A stretch of DNA of 64,000 nucleotides from Minisyncoccia bacterium (GTDB lineage Bacteria > Patescibacteriota > Minisyncoccia > Phycocordibacterales > UBA2100), in the NCBI GenBank assembly GCA_049297775.1, contig JBAQUX010000023.1, positions 18-64,017 of the forward strand, given 5' to 3'. The notes beneath the pieces are model-generated. The model was not told the DNA's origin. It saw nothing but the letters and a program-made list of their open reading frames with translations, and ran no database searches. Every line of letters starts with the position of its first letter. Position 1 is the first letter of the stretch. The position numbers were made by a program, and so were the translations under genes. This document shows positions 27,781 through 37,188 of this stretch, in pieces.

Positions 27781-27804
27781 AAATCGTGCCTTTGCACGAT
27801 TTTT
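27781..27804. terminator. Bidirectional hairpin terminator (AATCGTGC-CTTT-GCACGATT flanked by A/T runs)
   Basis: 8-bp stem with A-run upstream and T-run downstream on both strands. Located 3' of nothing on plus but upstream of the 25486-27687 gene; may insulate the tRNA locus. Confidence 0.4.
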
Positions 27805-27922
27805 CTAGTTCTCTGTCGTCACGCATAAAATTGTTGACCCAATTTTTGCGCGACCCCACCTCGCGTTTTTTGCCTTGTCGATACGACAAACAAAAACATC
27901 GCTCTGGCTTTGACCTTTATTT

Positions 27923-27948
27923 AAAAAACTCCCGCAGGGGAGTTTTTT
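27923..27948 (-). terminator. Terminator hairpin downstream of tRNA-Ile (AAAAAACTCCCGCAGGGGAGTTTTTT)
   Basis: CTCCC-GCAG-GGGAG stem flanked by A6/T6. A T-tract follows on the minus strand just 3' of the tRNA. Confidence 0.6.
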
Positions 27949-27957
27949 AAATAAAGG

Positions 27958-28031
27958 TCCACCCTCTTGGACTCGAACCAAGGACCGCGGAGGTATAAGC
28001 TCCGTGCTCTAACCAACTGAGCTAAGGGTGG
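27958..28031 (-). tRNA. tRNA-Ile (anticodon UAU)
   Basis: CCACCCT-TA-GCTC-AGTTGGTTA-GAGC-A-CGGAG-CTTATAC-CTCCG-CGGTC-CTTGG-TTCGAGT-CCAAG-AGGGTGG-A. Anticodon loop C-U-UAU-A-C. CCA not fully encoded (ACCT). Confidence 0.8.
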
Positions 28032-28103
28032 ATATCATCTACCTACACAGCGCAGGTGTGAGTACTGTAATCTAAAGTGGCAGTTAGCACAACTATAAAA
28101 ATA

Positions 28104-29180
28104 CTACTGCAGTGGCGTAATTTTTTGAGATTTAGCTGCCCAATTTGCAAGGTTCCAAAGCACTCGCATGCCTACGTTTGCATCCCACTCACTATGCGCA
28201 GTAGGACTTACTTCATTCACGTCAAACCCAATAATTTTTTTACCTGATTCTGCAACTGCACGAATTAGATATAACGCTTGGTCGAATTCGAGTCCTCCTG
28301 GGACTGGGGTTCCTGTGTTAGGGCATAACTTCGGATCAAGGCCATCAATATCAAAACTGATATATACTTCCGACGGTAACGCGTGCACAATTTTTCCTAC
28401 TATTGTTTTCCATGCTACTCCTTCGTACATATCGCGTTTCATATCTGCATCAAAAAATGTCTGTATTCTGCCGTTACTTGCATCAATTTTCTTACGCTCA
28501 TCTATTGAATAGTCACGGATACCCACTTGCACCAATCGCGTCACTTCAGGAATAGTTAGTGCATTAGTCATTATTGACGCGTGACTATATACAAACCCTT
28601 CATATGCATCACGTAAATCACAATGCGCATCAATTTGCAAAATACCAAATGACGTATGTTTTTCAGAAAGTGCCTGCATAAGCCCGAACGGGGTTGAATG
28701 GTCGCCTCCAACAAGCCCCACGAGCTTCCCTGCTTTCAAAAGCGTGCCCGCTTCTTTTTTTACCGTTGCATGAAAATCAATACATGCAGTATTTATTTTT
28801 GACAGCACCTTTATATTTTTCTTTGCAGAACCTGACTCAAGCGAAGCTATGTACTTCTCAGCATCTTTCCGTAGTTTTTTACCAAGCGTATACCAGGAAG
28901 ACCACTTCTTTTGCAGTTGTAATGCAATGCCTATTTTCCATGTATCTGCACCATAACTATCGTGATAATAATCAATTTGTGGCGATGCGTCATATATCGC
29001 ACGTGGTCCATCTTGAGTACCCCCGCCATACGACACAGTAACCCCCCACGGCGCTGGGATGATGAGCACCTGCGCTTCTTCTTCAGAAAACGGTAGGCCG
29101 AACAACCCGGCTGTAATGTCGCCTGGTGCGTTAGTATCAAAATGACGCCAATTGTTTTGTGGTTCTTTTTTCATATGCAA
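28104..29180 (-). CDS. speB: Arginase/agmatinase-family ureohydrolase, probable agmatinase
   Basis: Mn-binding motifs GGDHSTPFG, DAHCDLRD, SFDIDGLDP. Sits in a polyamine cluster next to nspC/CANSDH/speA, hence the agmatinase assignment (context inference). Confidence 0.65.
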   Translation of the reverse strand: MHMKKEPQNNWRHFDTNAPGDITAGLFGLPFSEEEAQVLIIPAPWGVTVSYGGGTQDGPRAIYDASPQIDYYHDSYGADTWKIGIALQLQKKWSSWYTLGKKLRKDAEKYIASLESGSAKKNIKVLSKINTACIDFHATVKKEAGTLLKAGKLVGLVGGDHSTPFGLMQALSEKHTSFGILQIDAHCDLRDAYEGFVYSHASIMTNALTIPEVTRLVQVGIRDYSIDERKKIDASNGRIQTFFDADMKRDMYEGVAWKTIVGKIVHALPSEVYISFDIDGLDPKLCPNTGTPVPGGLEFDQALYLIRAVAESGKKIIGFDVNEVSPTAHSEWDANVGMRVLWNLANWAAKSQKITPLQ

Positions 29181-29188
29181 ACACCATC

Positions 29189-30406
29189 CTACCCCATTCT
29201 GTTTTTAAAGTCCTTATAGGTGAATGTCCGGATGGTTTTCTGCTTATTATTCTTTGTAAGAATAATTGACGGATGTTGTACACCGTTAAACATCGTACAC
29301 TGCACCATGTTGTACTGGATACCATCTTCAAGGACGAGCATGTCACCAACCTGTAGTGGCTTTTGAAACTCGTGAAAGTGTCCGAGAACATCACCTGTCA
29401 CACAAGTTCCCCCTGCGAGTTGATATATGTTTCTTCTGCGAGTTTCAGTCAGGTCACGCATGACTCGAGCACCTAACACTGGCATATCCAAATCAGTACT
29501 CAAAAGAAAGTCGGGAGTGTGTGCATTAAAGGATATGTCGAGGATTGCAATTTTGTAAGCAACATCATCACGCTCAACAATATCGAGCACTTTCGTTACG
29601 AGCGCGCCTGCATTTTTAACGATAGCGGCACCTGGCTCAAAATGAACAATTACGTTGTACTTTTTTTGTATACGCACGACAAGACGAATGAGCCCTTGCA
29701 CGTCATATCCATCGTCGGTAATTTTCTGACCCCCACCAAAGTTCACCCACTTCAGCGCGTGCAAGTACTCTCCGAAATTACTTTCAATCACAGATACAGC
29801 ACCGGTGAGTTCGTCGAAATTTTTGTCGAAGAACATATGAAAATGAAAGCCACTCAACCCGACAAGTAATTTTGAATTTGCGGCCAGTGCTTTTTTAAGT
29901 TCAGACTTTCTTACACCAAGGCGACTCGCCGGTGCACACGGACTCCACAGTCCTCCGTGCTCATCTGTGCCGGTGAATTCTGGGTTAATACGAAGCCCCC
30001 ACTCTATTTGCTTTTTATTCTTTTTATTATATGCCCGGATGCGTGGTACGTATTTTTCTAGTTGACTACATGAGTTAAAAATAACCGTATGAGTATACTT
30101 AAGCACCTCAGAAAATTCTGATTCTGTGTATGCCGGGGCAAACATATGCACCTGTTTGTTAAAATAATCATACCCAAGTCGGGCCTCATTGAGAGAGCTC
30201 ACTTCAGTGCCATCAAGGTACTCTTTAGTGATAGAGAAAAGTGGGTATGTCGCCCATGTTTTTAATGCCTGAAACATTTTGCATCCTGTTGCATCTTTAA
30301 CATGCTTGAGGATGCTTAAGTTATATCTCAGCACTTGTTCATCTACGACAAAAGCAGCAGAGGTAATTTTTTTTGTGTTAATTGTGAGTGCAGGACGCGT
30401 ATGCAT
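29189..30406 (-). CDS. nspC: Carboxynorspermidine/carboxyspermidine decarboxylase (NspC/CANSDC)
   Basis: Colinear with Vibrio NspC, including FNSCSQ, LRINPEF, SRLGV, FHFHMF and FGEYLHALKWVNFGGG (FGEYLHRMKWVNFGGG in V. cholerae). Start MHTRPALTIN (30406). Confidence 0.85.
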   Translation of the reverse strand: MHTRPALTINTKKITSAAFVVDEQVLRYNLSILKHVKDATGCKMFQALKTWATYPLFSITKEYLDGTEVSSLNEARLGYDYFNKQVHMFAPAYTESEFSEVLKYTHTVIFNSCSQLEKYVPRIRAYNKKNKKQIEWGLRINPEFTGTDEHGGLWSPCAPASRLGVRKSELKKALAANSKLLVGLSGFHFHMFFDKNFDELTGAVSVIESNFGEYLHALKWVNFGGGQKITDDGYDVQGLIRLVVRIQKKYNVIVHFEPGAAIVKNAGALVTKVLDIVERDDVAYKIAILDISFNAHTPDFLLSTDLDMPVLGARVMRDLTETRRRNIYQLAGGTCVTGDVLGHFHEFQKPLQVGDMLVLEDGIQYNMVQCTMFNGVQHPSIILTKNNKQKTIRTFTYKDFKNRMG

Positions 30407-30407
30407 A

Positions 30408-31649
30408 CTATATCTGTTCTGGCAGTGGCTTGAAGTCAACTATTTCATACGGTAAGCCATTCGCGCTCACCACTTCAAGAAATGGCTCTGGGTCGAGTTG
30501 CTCCATGTTGAATACTCCCTTCCCACTCCATACTCCAGTCATGAGCATATACGCTGCAGACATTGCAGGAACTCCCGTAGTGTACGAAATTGCTTGAGAA
30601 CCAACCTCTTTGAAACACTTCGCGTGGTCACACACGTTGTAAATATATTTAGTACTTTCCTTACCATCTTTTACTCCGGTCACTATGCAGCCAATATTTG
30701 TCTTCCCAGAATAGTTTGTCGCGAGTGATGCAGGGTCAGGAAGGAGTGCTTTCAAAAATTCCATCGGGACAATCTTCTGCCCTTTAAAATCGATTGGCTT
30801 AATACCTGAAATGCCAATGCTTTCCATGACACGTAAGTGAGTAAGGTAATTCTGCCCGAATGTCATCCAGAAGCGCATGCGCTCAAGTCCTGGCAAATTC
30901 TTTACCAAAGATTCCATCTCTTCGTGATACAGCAAGTAACTTTCCTTGGGACCAATATGCGGATATTCAAAAGCAAAATGAACACTTCCTTCATTCATGA
31001 CGGCTGGTGTGGTTATCCATTTTCCATTTTTCCAGTGACGCACTTCTTGTGTCACTTCGCGAATATTTATTTCTGGATTAAAGTTTGTGGCAAATGACTT
31101 ATCGTGACTTCCTGCATTTGCATCAAGAATATCTACGAATCGGATAGTGTCAAAATATTTTTTGAGTATATATGCGCAGTACATGTTGGTGACACCAGGA
31201 TCAAATCCCGCACCCAAGACTGCCATGAGACCTGCCTTTTTGAAGCGTGCCTGGTATGCCCACTGCCACTTGTATTCAAACTTGGCAATGTCTTTTGGTT
31301 CGTAGTTTGCGGTATCAATATAATGCACTCCGGTCTTCAGGCAGGCATCCATTATGGTTAAATCTTGATACGGCAACGCAACATTTAAAACTAAGAATGG
31401 CTTCACTTTTTTTATAAGCGTTACCAATTGTGGCACCTTATCTGCATCTACAGCATGTGTGGTTATAGAAACACCCCAGCGTTTTTTTATATCCTTCTTA
31501 ATAGCGTCAGGTTTTTTAAGCGAACGACTCGCTAAGTGAATCTTCTTAAATACTGACGAATTCATTGCACACTTATGTGTAACTACACTGCCCACTCCCC
31601 CTGCACCAATAATGAGAATGGTTCCGTTATTTTTTTGTGATGCTTGCAT
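30408..31649 (-). CDS. Carboxynorspermidine synthase / carboxyspermidine dehydrogenase (saccharopine dehydrogenase family)
   Basis: N-terminal Rossmann ILIIGAGGVGSVVTHKCAMNSSVFKKIHLASRS nearly identical in pattern to Vibrio CANSDH (VIGAGGVGRVVAHKCAMNSDVFKRICLASR). 413 aa. Confidence 0.85.
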   Translation of the reverse strand: MQASQKNNGTILIIGAGGVGSVVTHKCAMNSSVFKKIHLASRSLKKPDAIKKDIKKRWGVSITTHAVDADKVPQLVTLIKKVKPFLVLNVALPYQDLTIMDACLKTGVHYIDTANYEPKDIAKFEYKWQWAYQARFKKAGLMAVLGAGFDPGVTNMYCAYILKKYFDTIRFVDILDANAGSHDKSFATNFNPEINIREVTQEVRHWKNGKWITTPAVMNEGSVHFAFEYPHIGPKESYLLYHEEMESLVKNLPGLERMRFWMTFGQNYLTHLRVMESIGISGIKPIDFKGQKIVPMEFLKALLPDPASLATNYSGKTNIGCIVTGVKDGKESTKYIYNVCDHAKCFKEVGSQAISYTTGVPAMSAAYMLMTGVWSGKGVFNMEQLDPEPFLEVVSANGLPYEIVDFKPLPEQI

Positions 31650-31677
31650 GACGCAATACTACGAAATATACCCCAAA

Positions 31678-32751
31678 TTACAAGTATTTTTTCGCAACAA
31701 GCAGTTCTGCGATAAGCACACCGCCACCAGCTGCTCCGCGAATAGTATTGTGAGAGAGACCTACAAACTTCCAGTCCAAGATTGGATCCTCGCGCAACCG
31801 TCCCACCGAGACAGCCATCGCCTTATCTCTGTCTCTGTCGAGTCGTGGCTGAGGTCGGTTATCTTGCTCAAAATAATGAATTGGCCGTACTGGCGCAGAT
31901 GGAAGCTCGAGTGCCTGTGGCTCACCACTAAATGTGTTCCACAAGAGGAGTATGTCATCCTTACTTGGTTTTTCTTTACATGAGAATGAAACGCACGCCA
32001 TGTGTCCGTCCATAACACCAACCCGGTTACAGTGGGCAGAAATAACAAATGAAGTATCGTCGACGAATGACTTTTCTGAAATTGTACCGAATATTTTCCT
32101 TGGTTCCATTTCAGACTTCTTCTCTTCACCACCAATATACGGAATAACGTTATCAATGATGTCATATGATGATACTCCGGGGTGCCCGGCACCAGAGATT
32201 GCTTGCAACGTCGTGACGATAACCTTTTCTAAGTGATATTTTTTGTGGAGCGTTGCGAGTGGCGCCATATAGCTTTGGATTGAGCAATTTGGTTTCACAA
32301 CAATAAATCCGGTATCCCAACCACGATTTTTTTGTTGAATTGGAATCATGGCAAGATGTTCTGGATTTATTTCAGGGATAATCATCGGCACATCAGGAGT
32401 AGTGCGATGCGTAGATGCGTTTGAGACAACAGGAATACCTGCGGCCGCATACTTCTCCTCCCACTCTTTCGCAATATCACCGTCAAGTGCTGAAAAAACA
32501 AAATCGCACGATGCTTGCACAGCGACAATATCGTCAACGGTATGCACCATCAATTGTCCTACGCCTTCAGGAAGTTCGGTGTGCATATGCCATCTTCCAG
32601 AAACGGCCTCAGCGTAAGTCTTCCCTGCAGACGATGCGCTCGCAACCACGTGCGTAATTTCAAACCAAGGATGGTCTGCAATCAGTGTGAGATATTGCTG
32701 GCCAACCATGCCTGTGGCACCTAATATGCCTACTCGTTTTTTTTGTATCAT
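31678..32751 (-). CDS. asd: Aspartate-semialdehyde dehydrogenase
   Basis: VGILGATGMVGQQYLTLIADHPWFEI NAD(P)-binding N-terminus, active-site Cys region (KPNCSIQ), Semialdhyde_dh C-terminal domain. 357 aa. Confidence 0.85.
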   Translation of the reverse strand: MIQKKRVGILGATGMVGQQYLTLIADHPWFEITHVVASASSAGKTYAEAVSGRWHMHTELPEGVGQLMVHTVDDIVAVQASCDFVFSALDGDIAKEWEEKYAAAGIPVVSNASTHRTTPDVPMIIPEINPEHLAMIPIQQKNRGWDTGFIVVKPNCSIQSYMAPLATLHKKYHLEKVIVTTLQAISGAGHPGVSSYDIIDNVIPYIGGEEKKSEMEPRKIFGTISEKSFVDDTSFVISAHCNRVGVMDGHMACVSFSCKEKPSKDDILLLWNTFSGEPQALELPSAPVRPIHYFEQDNRPQPRLDRDRDKAMAVSVGRLREDPILDWKFVGLSHNTIRGAAGGGVLIAELLVAKKYL

Positions 32752-32762
32752 AGCAGTATTAA

Positions 32763-34100
32763 TTATGTAATAAACGCTTTATGCAATACTTGAATTGACC
32801 GTACCGCGTCCTCCTCACTCACCACGAACGTAATACTAATTTCTGATGATGCCTGTGAAATCATTTCTACAGCAATAGCGTGCTCTTTTAATGTTGAGAA
32901 CATTTTTCCTGCAACGCCGGCAATATCAATACCACCCCCCACAACACATACGATAGCCTTTTCACTTCGCACATCAACAGTTCCCAACTTTTGTAAATTC
33001 TTTAAAATTTTTGGCAATTGCACAATAGAGTCTATGGTGACCGAAACACTTGCCACAGACGTCGAGATGACATCTACGCTTGTTTTACAGTCGTGAAATA
33101 TTTTAAATATTTCAATCATCAGACCATTGCTATCAAAAAACTCGGGAGAATGTACCTCGAGTATGGTAACTCCTTTTTTGAAAGTAAATGCTTCAACGGA
33201 ATTACTTTTAATGCGCCGTTCAGAGTAAGAATTAACGATAGTAGTACCACGCCCTTCTGGTTTAAAAGTATTAAGTACTTGTACTGGCACGCCCTTTTTC
33301 ATTGCGGGTAAAATCGTTTTTGGATGGAGCACTTTTGCACCAAAATAAGCAAGCTCACTCGCCTCTTCAAACGCAAGCTCTCTGATGACACGAGCATCAG
33401 AGACAATGCGTGGATCAGTTGTCATAATGCCATCTACCTCTTTCCATATTTGTATTACAGCTGCATCTAATGCGGTACCCAAAAGAGCCGCAGTATAATC
33501 TGAACCTCCGCGACCAAGCGTCGTTATGTGTCCCTGTGCACTCTTCCCAATAAAACCAGTGACTACAGGTATATTTTTTTGTGCACGTAACTTCTTTCCC
33601 ATACGTGCAAGCGATGTAGGAAGTGGTTCGGCGTTTCCGTGGTCTGCAGTAGTAATCATGCCAATCTCCCATGCTGGGAATGCAACCGCGGTACATCCGA
33701 TACGTGTAAGGTGGCCAGCAAGTAATGTCGCTGAGAGACGCTCGCCAAAAGAGACAAACGTATCTTTGCGTGCGGGGCTCAACTTTTTTCCTAGTGATTT
33801 CTTGGTGACAGCTGACAATTCTTTCAAGTCATGTTGTATCAGTGTTTGATCCAGCTCAAGCTCATGAGCGATAGTCATATGTAACGACGTGATTTTTTCA
33901 AGTAAGCTTGCTCGGTCAGATTTTGTACGACTTTCTGCCAAGTCTATGAGCATATTCGTGACTCCGGCAACTGCAGAGACAACAACAACTGGTCGAGAAC
34001 TCAATGCAGCAGTTTGTATAATATGTGCAACTGCGCGCATGCGAACTGCGTCCCCCACAGAAGTACCTCCAAACTTCATGACACGAAATTTTTTCTCCAT
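32763..34100 (-). CDS. Aspartate kinase with C-terminal ACT domains
   Basis: KFGGTSVGDAVRMRAV kinase N-terminus, amino-acid kinase fold, tandem ACT region (VAGVAGKMFSTLKEHAI...ISITFVV). Confidence 0.85.
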   Translation of the reverse strand: MEKKFRVMKFGGTSVGDAVRMRAVAHIIQTAALSSRPVVVVSAVAGVTNMLIDLAESRTKSDRASLLEKITSLHMTIAHELELDQTLIQHDLKELSAVTKKSLGKKLSPARKDTFVSFGERLSATLLAGHLTRIGCTAVAFPAWEIGMITTADHGNAEPLPTSLARMGKKLRAQKNIPVVTGFIGKSAQGHITTLGRGGSDYTAALLGTALDAAVIQIWKEVDGIMTTDPRIVSDARVIRELAFEEASELAYFGAKVLHPKTILPAMKKGVPVQVLNTFKPEGRGTTIVNSYSERRIKSNSVEAFTFKKGVTILEVHSPEFFDSNGLMIEIFKIFHDCKTSVDVISTSVASVSVTIDSIVQLPKILKNLQKLGTVDVRSEKAIVCVVGGGIDIAGVAGKMFSTLKEHAIAVEMISQASSEISITFVVSEEDAVRSIQVLHKAFIT

Positions 34101-34167
34101 GTAAAAACACTATCATATTTAGAAGGATGGTAAAGCTTTTAGATGTTCGCCGTGATACTGTAGTTGC

Positions 34168-35199
34168 ATGCAAAATATCCAAACTGGAACAATAGGAATC
34201 GTTGGTGCGGGCGGCATCGGAAAAGCACTGCACGGACGATTGTTAGAACTCGGATACTCTGTCCTCTTTACCATGAATATTGACGTGACCACTCTTGCAG
34301 ATGGTACGACTCTGCCCACAGAGAAAAATCTTGCACTTTTTTTAGAATTACACCCGGAACTACGGCCTCAGTGCATCGTCATATCAATCCCAACAGTAGA
34401 CACTGGAGAAACTGCCCTACAGATTATTGAAGCCGCGAGCGCACTAGGTATTACTATAGTTACCTGCGAAAAGGGCGCACTCGCATATCATGCAGAAAAG
34501 ATTATTCCTAAAATCAAAGATGGGTCTCTGCGCATAGGATACTCAGCATCGGTTGGAGGCGGAACCCACATGCTTAATTATCTAGCACTTCGAAATCCTG
34601 CGCTTCGACACACAGAAATTCAAGCCGTAGTGAATGGTACCTGCAACTTTATTTTTCATCAAACAGCATTTGGAGGACGAACGCTTGGAGAAGCATGTTC
34701 AGAGGCGGTACGACTTGGATACGCAGAGCCGGGCGCCACAGAACCACTCGATATTATTAACGGTGAGTTGCACGACATCCGCATGAAGACCTGTGTGCTT
34801 TTCAATACCATTCTTGCTGACAGTGTGTATATCACTCCACGAGATTTAGGAGCACTGAAACTGTCTGAATCAGCACTTGAAGATATCCGTAGAAAAAGTG
34901 GCCAATACCGACTGGTTGTCACCCTAAGTAATGCCCCGAGTCCACAACCATTCGAATATACAGGTGCGCATTTTATGACTAACGTGGATGGGTGGAATAT
35001 TCAAGGTGGTTTTCGTGACACACAAAAGGAACCAGAACTTCACACCTGGCTCCCTCCAGGCGTAAACAATGCACTCCATATTACCGAAGGAAAACTTGGA
35101 AGTGGCGGACGATTCTTAGTGTCTGGACCAGGAGCAGGACATGAACCTACAACCTCAGCAATAATGAATGACATTAAAAAATACTTCGGGAGCAAATAA
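34168..35199 (+). CDS. hom: Homoserine dehydrogenase (short form without ACT domain)
   Basis: Rossmann IGIVGAGGIGKAL. Catalytic-domain blocks AVVNGTCNFIF / EAVRLGYAEPGATEPLDIING / DIRMK match HSDH (GIVNGTTNFIL / EAQQLGFAEADPTADVEG / D..K). Confidence 0.65.
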   Translation: MQNIQTGTIGIVGAGGIGKALHGRLLELGYSVLFTMNIDVTTLADGTTLPTEKNLALFLELHPELRPQCIVISIPTVDTGETALQIIEAASALGITIVTCEKGALAYHAEKIIPKIKDGSLRIGYSASVGGGTHMLNYLALRNPALRHTEIQAVVNGTCNFIFHQTAFGGRTLGEACSEAVRLGYAEPGATEPLDIINGELHDIRMKTCVLFNTILADSVYITPRDLGALKLSESALEDIRRKSGQYRLVVTLSNAPSPQPFEYTGAHFMTNVDGWNIQGGFRDTQKEPELHTWLPPGVNNALHITEGKLGSGGRFLVSGPGAGHEPTTSAIMNDIKKYFGSK

Positions 35200-35301
35200 T
35201 CGCACAAAAAGCTATCTTTTTTTGAAATATGCGCTAGTATACTTTTCTCCAGGAATTGTGGGGTTTCCACAAGCCGGGCTTTATCATTTTTCCTTAAAAA
35301 A

Positions 35302-36684
35302 ATGGGCACAATAAAAAAAACAAAAAAGAACGGATTTCGAAAAAAGTGGCGCCTCGGTCTTGAGGACATGAACACAGGCCACTTCGATATTGATGCTGAC
35401 GGACACCTCACGGTGAACGAGGGTAATTATCAGTACGACATTTACAGTATTATAAAGAAATACGGTACTGCTACTGAGATATTCTTCCCTACTATTGTTG
35501 AAAACCGTGTGCGCGACCTTATTGATACATTTAACGCATACATAAAAGTACTCGGGTACAAAGGTAAATACTATTACCACTACCCAATGAAGGTAAACCA
35601 AAATAAAGAATTCGTACTCCCCGCTGTCGCCGAGGGCGCAAACCTTGACGTCGCCTCTGCAAACGAACTATACCTGGTGAAGCGCATGATTGAGCAGGAC
35701 CGTTTTAATGTACGTATTCGTGTTATCTGTAATGGCCCAAAAACTGACCGGTACATGGAACTAATTGAGGAACTCAAAGGTAAAGGGCTTATCGTTATCC
35801 CGATTATCGAAGATTACAATGAGCTCGAACGAATGAAGAAGTTTAAAGGTGAGGTTGGTATTCGTGTTGACCTTAACGTGAAGGTAAAATCTCATTGGGA
35901 CAAGCGTCACAACCGTTTTGGTTTTAGTGAGGAAGAAATTCTCCATATTGGAAAAATCAAAAACCTCTCAACGTTGCATTACCATATCTCAAGCCAAGTC
36001 GAACAAGTAGACGGATTTCTCCAACCGCTGAAGCGTGCTATTGCAATTTTTGCTCAAATGAAACTAAAGAATCCAGGACTCGATACATTAGATATTGGTG
36101 GTGGCGCAGGAGTTCCCTACAACAAGAACAAGAAGTTCTATTCTGGAAAGAATGTTATCCAAAAAATTGTTAAGACTGCCAAAACAGAGTGCGACCGTCA
36201 CGGTATCCGCCATCCAAACCTTATTACAGAATGGGGACGTTACGTTGCTGCGCCGGCACAAATAACCATCTACAAAGTCATCGCCGAAAAGAAAATCGCG
36301 GGCAAAGCAGGCCATAAGTGGTACATCGTTGATGGAAGTTTCATGAACGACCTCTGTGATACCTGGGCACTGCACCAAAAATGGCACGTCACTCCAATCA
36401 ACAATCTGCGCAATACTAAAATGGAGAAAGTATGGTTTGCCGGTAGCTCATGCGATAGTGACGACAAGTACACAAATGGCAGTACCTATGTCCTGCTTCC
36501 AAAATTAAGTGATTGTGACGACCTCTATGTTGCGTTTTTTGACACCGGAGCATACCAAGACTCACTCTCGTCTCACCACTGCCTTCTCTCATCACCGACA
36601 AAACTCATCGCGACGAATGGTGAAGTAAAAGTAGCCCGCAAGCGAGAAACTCCTGAAGAAGTTGGCAAGCAATTTGGCTGGTAA
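35302..36684 (+). CDS. speA: Biosynthetic arginine decarboxylase, SpeA-like short form (alanine-racemase-fold PLP decarboxylase)
   Basis: PLP-lysine motif YPMKVNQN (SpeA YPVKVNQ). ICNGPKTD, IEDYNELERM, GIRVDLN, HYHISSQ, DIGGGAGVPYN are colinear with E. coli SpeA blocks (VCNGYKD, VIEK.SE, LGVRARL, HFHLGSQ, DVGGGLGVDY). Start may be the internal MNTGHFD (35371). Confidence 0.75.
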   Translation: MGTIKKTKKNGFRKKWRLGLEDMNTGHFDIDADGHLTVNEGNYQYDIYSIIKKYGTATEIFFPTIVENRVRDLIDTFNAYIKVLGYKGKYYYHYPMKVNQNKEFVLPAVAEGANLDVASANELYLVKRMIEQDRFNVRIRVICNGPKTDRYMELIEELKGKGLIVIPIIEDYNELERMKKFKGEVGIRVDLNVKVKSHWDKRHNRFGFSEEEILHIGKIKNLSTLHYHISSQVEQVDGFLQPLKRAIAIFAQMKLKNPGLDTLDIGGGAGVPYNKNKKFYSGKNVIQKIVKTAKTECDRHGIRHPNLITEWGRYVAAPAQITIYKVIAEKKIAGKAGHKWYIVDGSFMNDLCDTWALHQKWHVTPINNLRNTKMEKVWFAGSSCDSDDKYTNGSTYVLLPKLSDCDDLYVAFFDTGAYQDSLSSHHCLLSSPTKLIATNGEVKVARKRETPEEVGKQFGW

Positions 36685-36686
36685 TA

Positions 36687-37181
36687 TTAGCGTAACGTTT
36701 TTCTACCGAGCAAGATATCGAAACCTTTTTGAATGACGAGGGCCTCATGGTCTTCGCTTGCCTTTTGTGTGGTATAGAGGTGCGGTAGCTCCTCTTCAGT
36801 TACCCATACATAATGCGAATGGTCTTCAGGATTTAGCTGTATCCGTGTTGTGTCACCGACAAATTGGGCAAAGTACACTACCTCAATCGAGTGGGATTTT
36901 TTTATCTGATTCGTATACGTAAATGCTGCAAACTCATCACCGATAGTAATTTCCATATGTAACTCTTCGCGAATTTCCCGCGCAAGTCCCGCCTTAATGT
37001 CTTCACCAAAATCAATGTGTCCGCCGGGAAGCTCAAAAACATTCGGAAGAAACTTTTTAGTAGCAGCGCGGTATGGAAGAAAGACTTCTACATACCCATC
37101 ATTCAAGCGGTATAAAAATGCACAGGCAGTAATGACCTGTGCACCTTCATCTAATCTTTCACTATCTCCTATAGTGCTCAT
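36687..37181 (-). CDS. NUDIX hydrolase
   Basis: Nudix box GGHIDFGEDIKAGLAREIREELHMEI. Start MSTIGDSE (37181). Confidence 0.8.
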   Translation of the reverse strand: MSTIGDSERLDEGAQVITACAFLYRLNDGYVEVFLPYRAATKKFLPNVFELPGGHIDFGEDIKAGLAREIREELHMEITIGDEFAAFTYTNQIKKSHSIEVVYFAQFVGDTTRIQLNPEDHSHYVWVTEEELPHLYTTQKASEDHEALVIQKGFDILLGRKTLR

Positions 37182-37188
37182 ATAGCTA

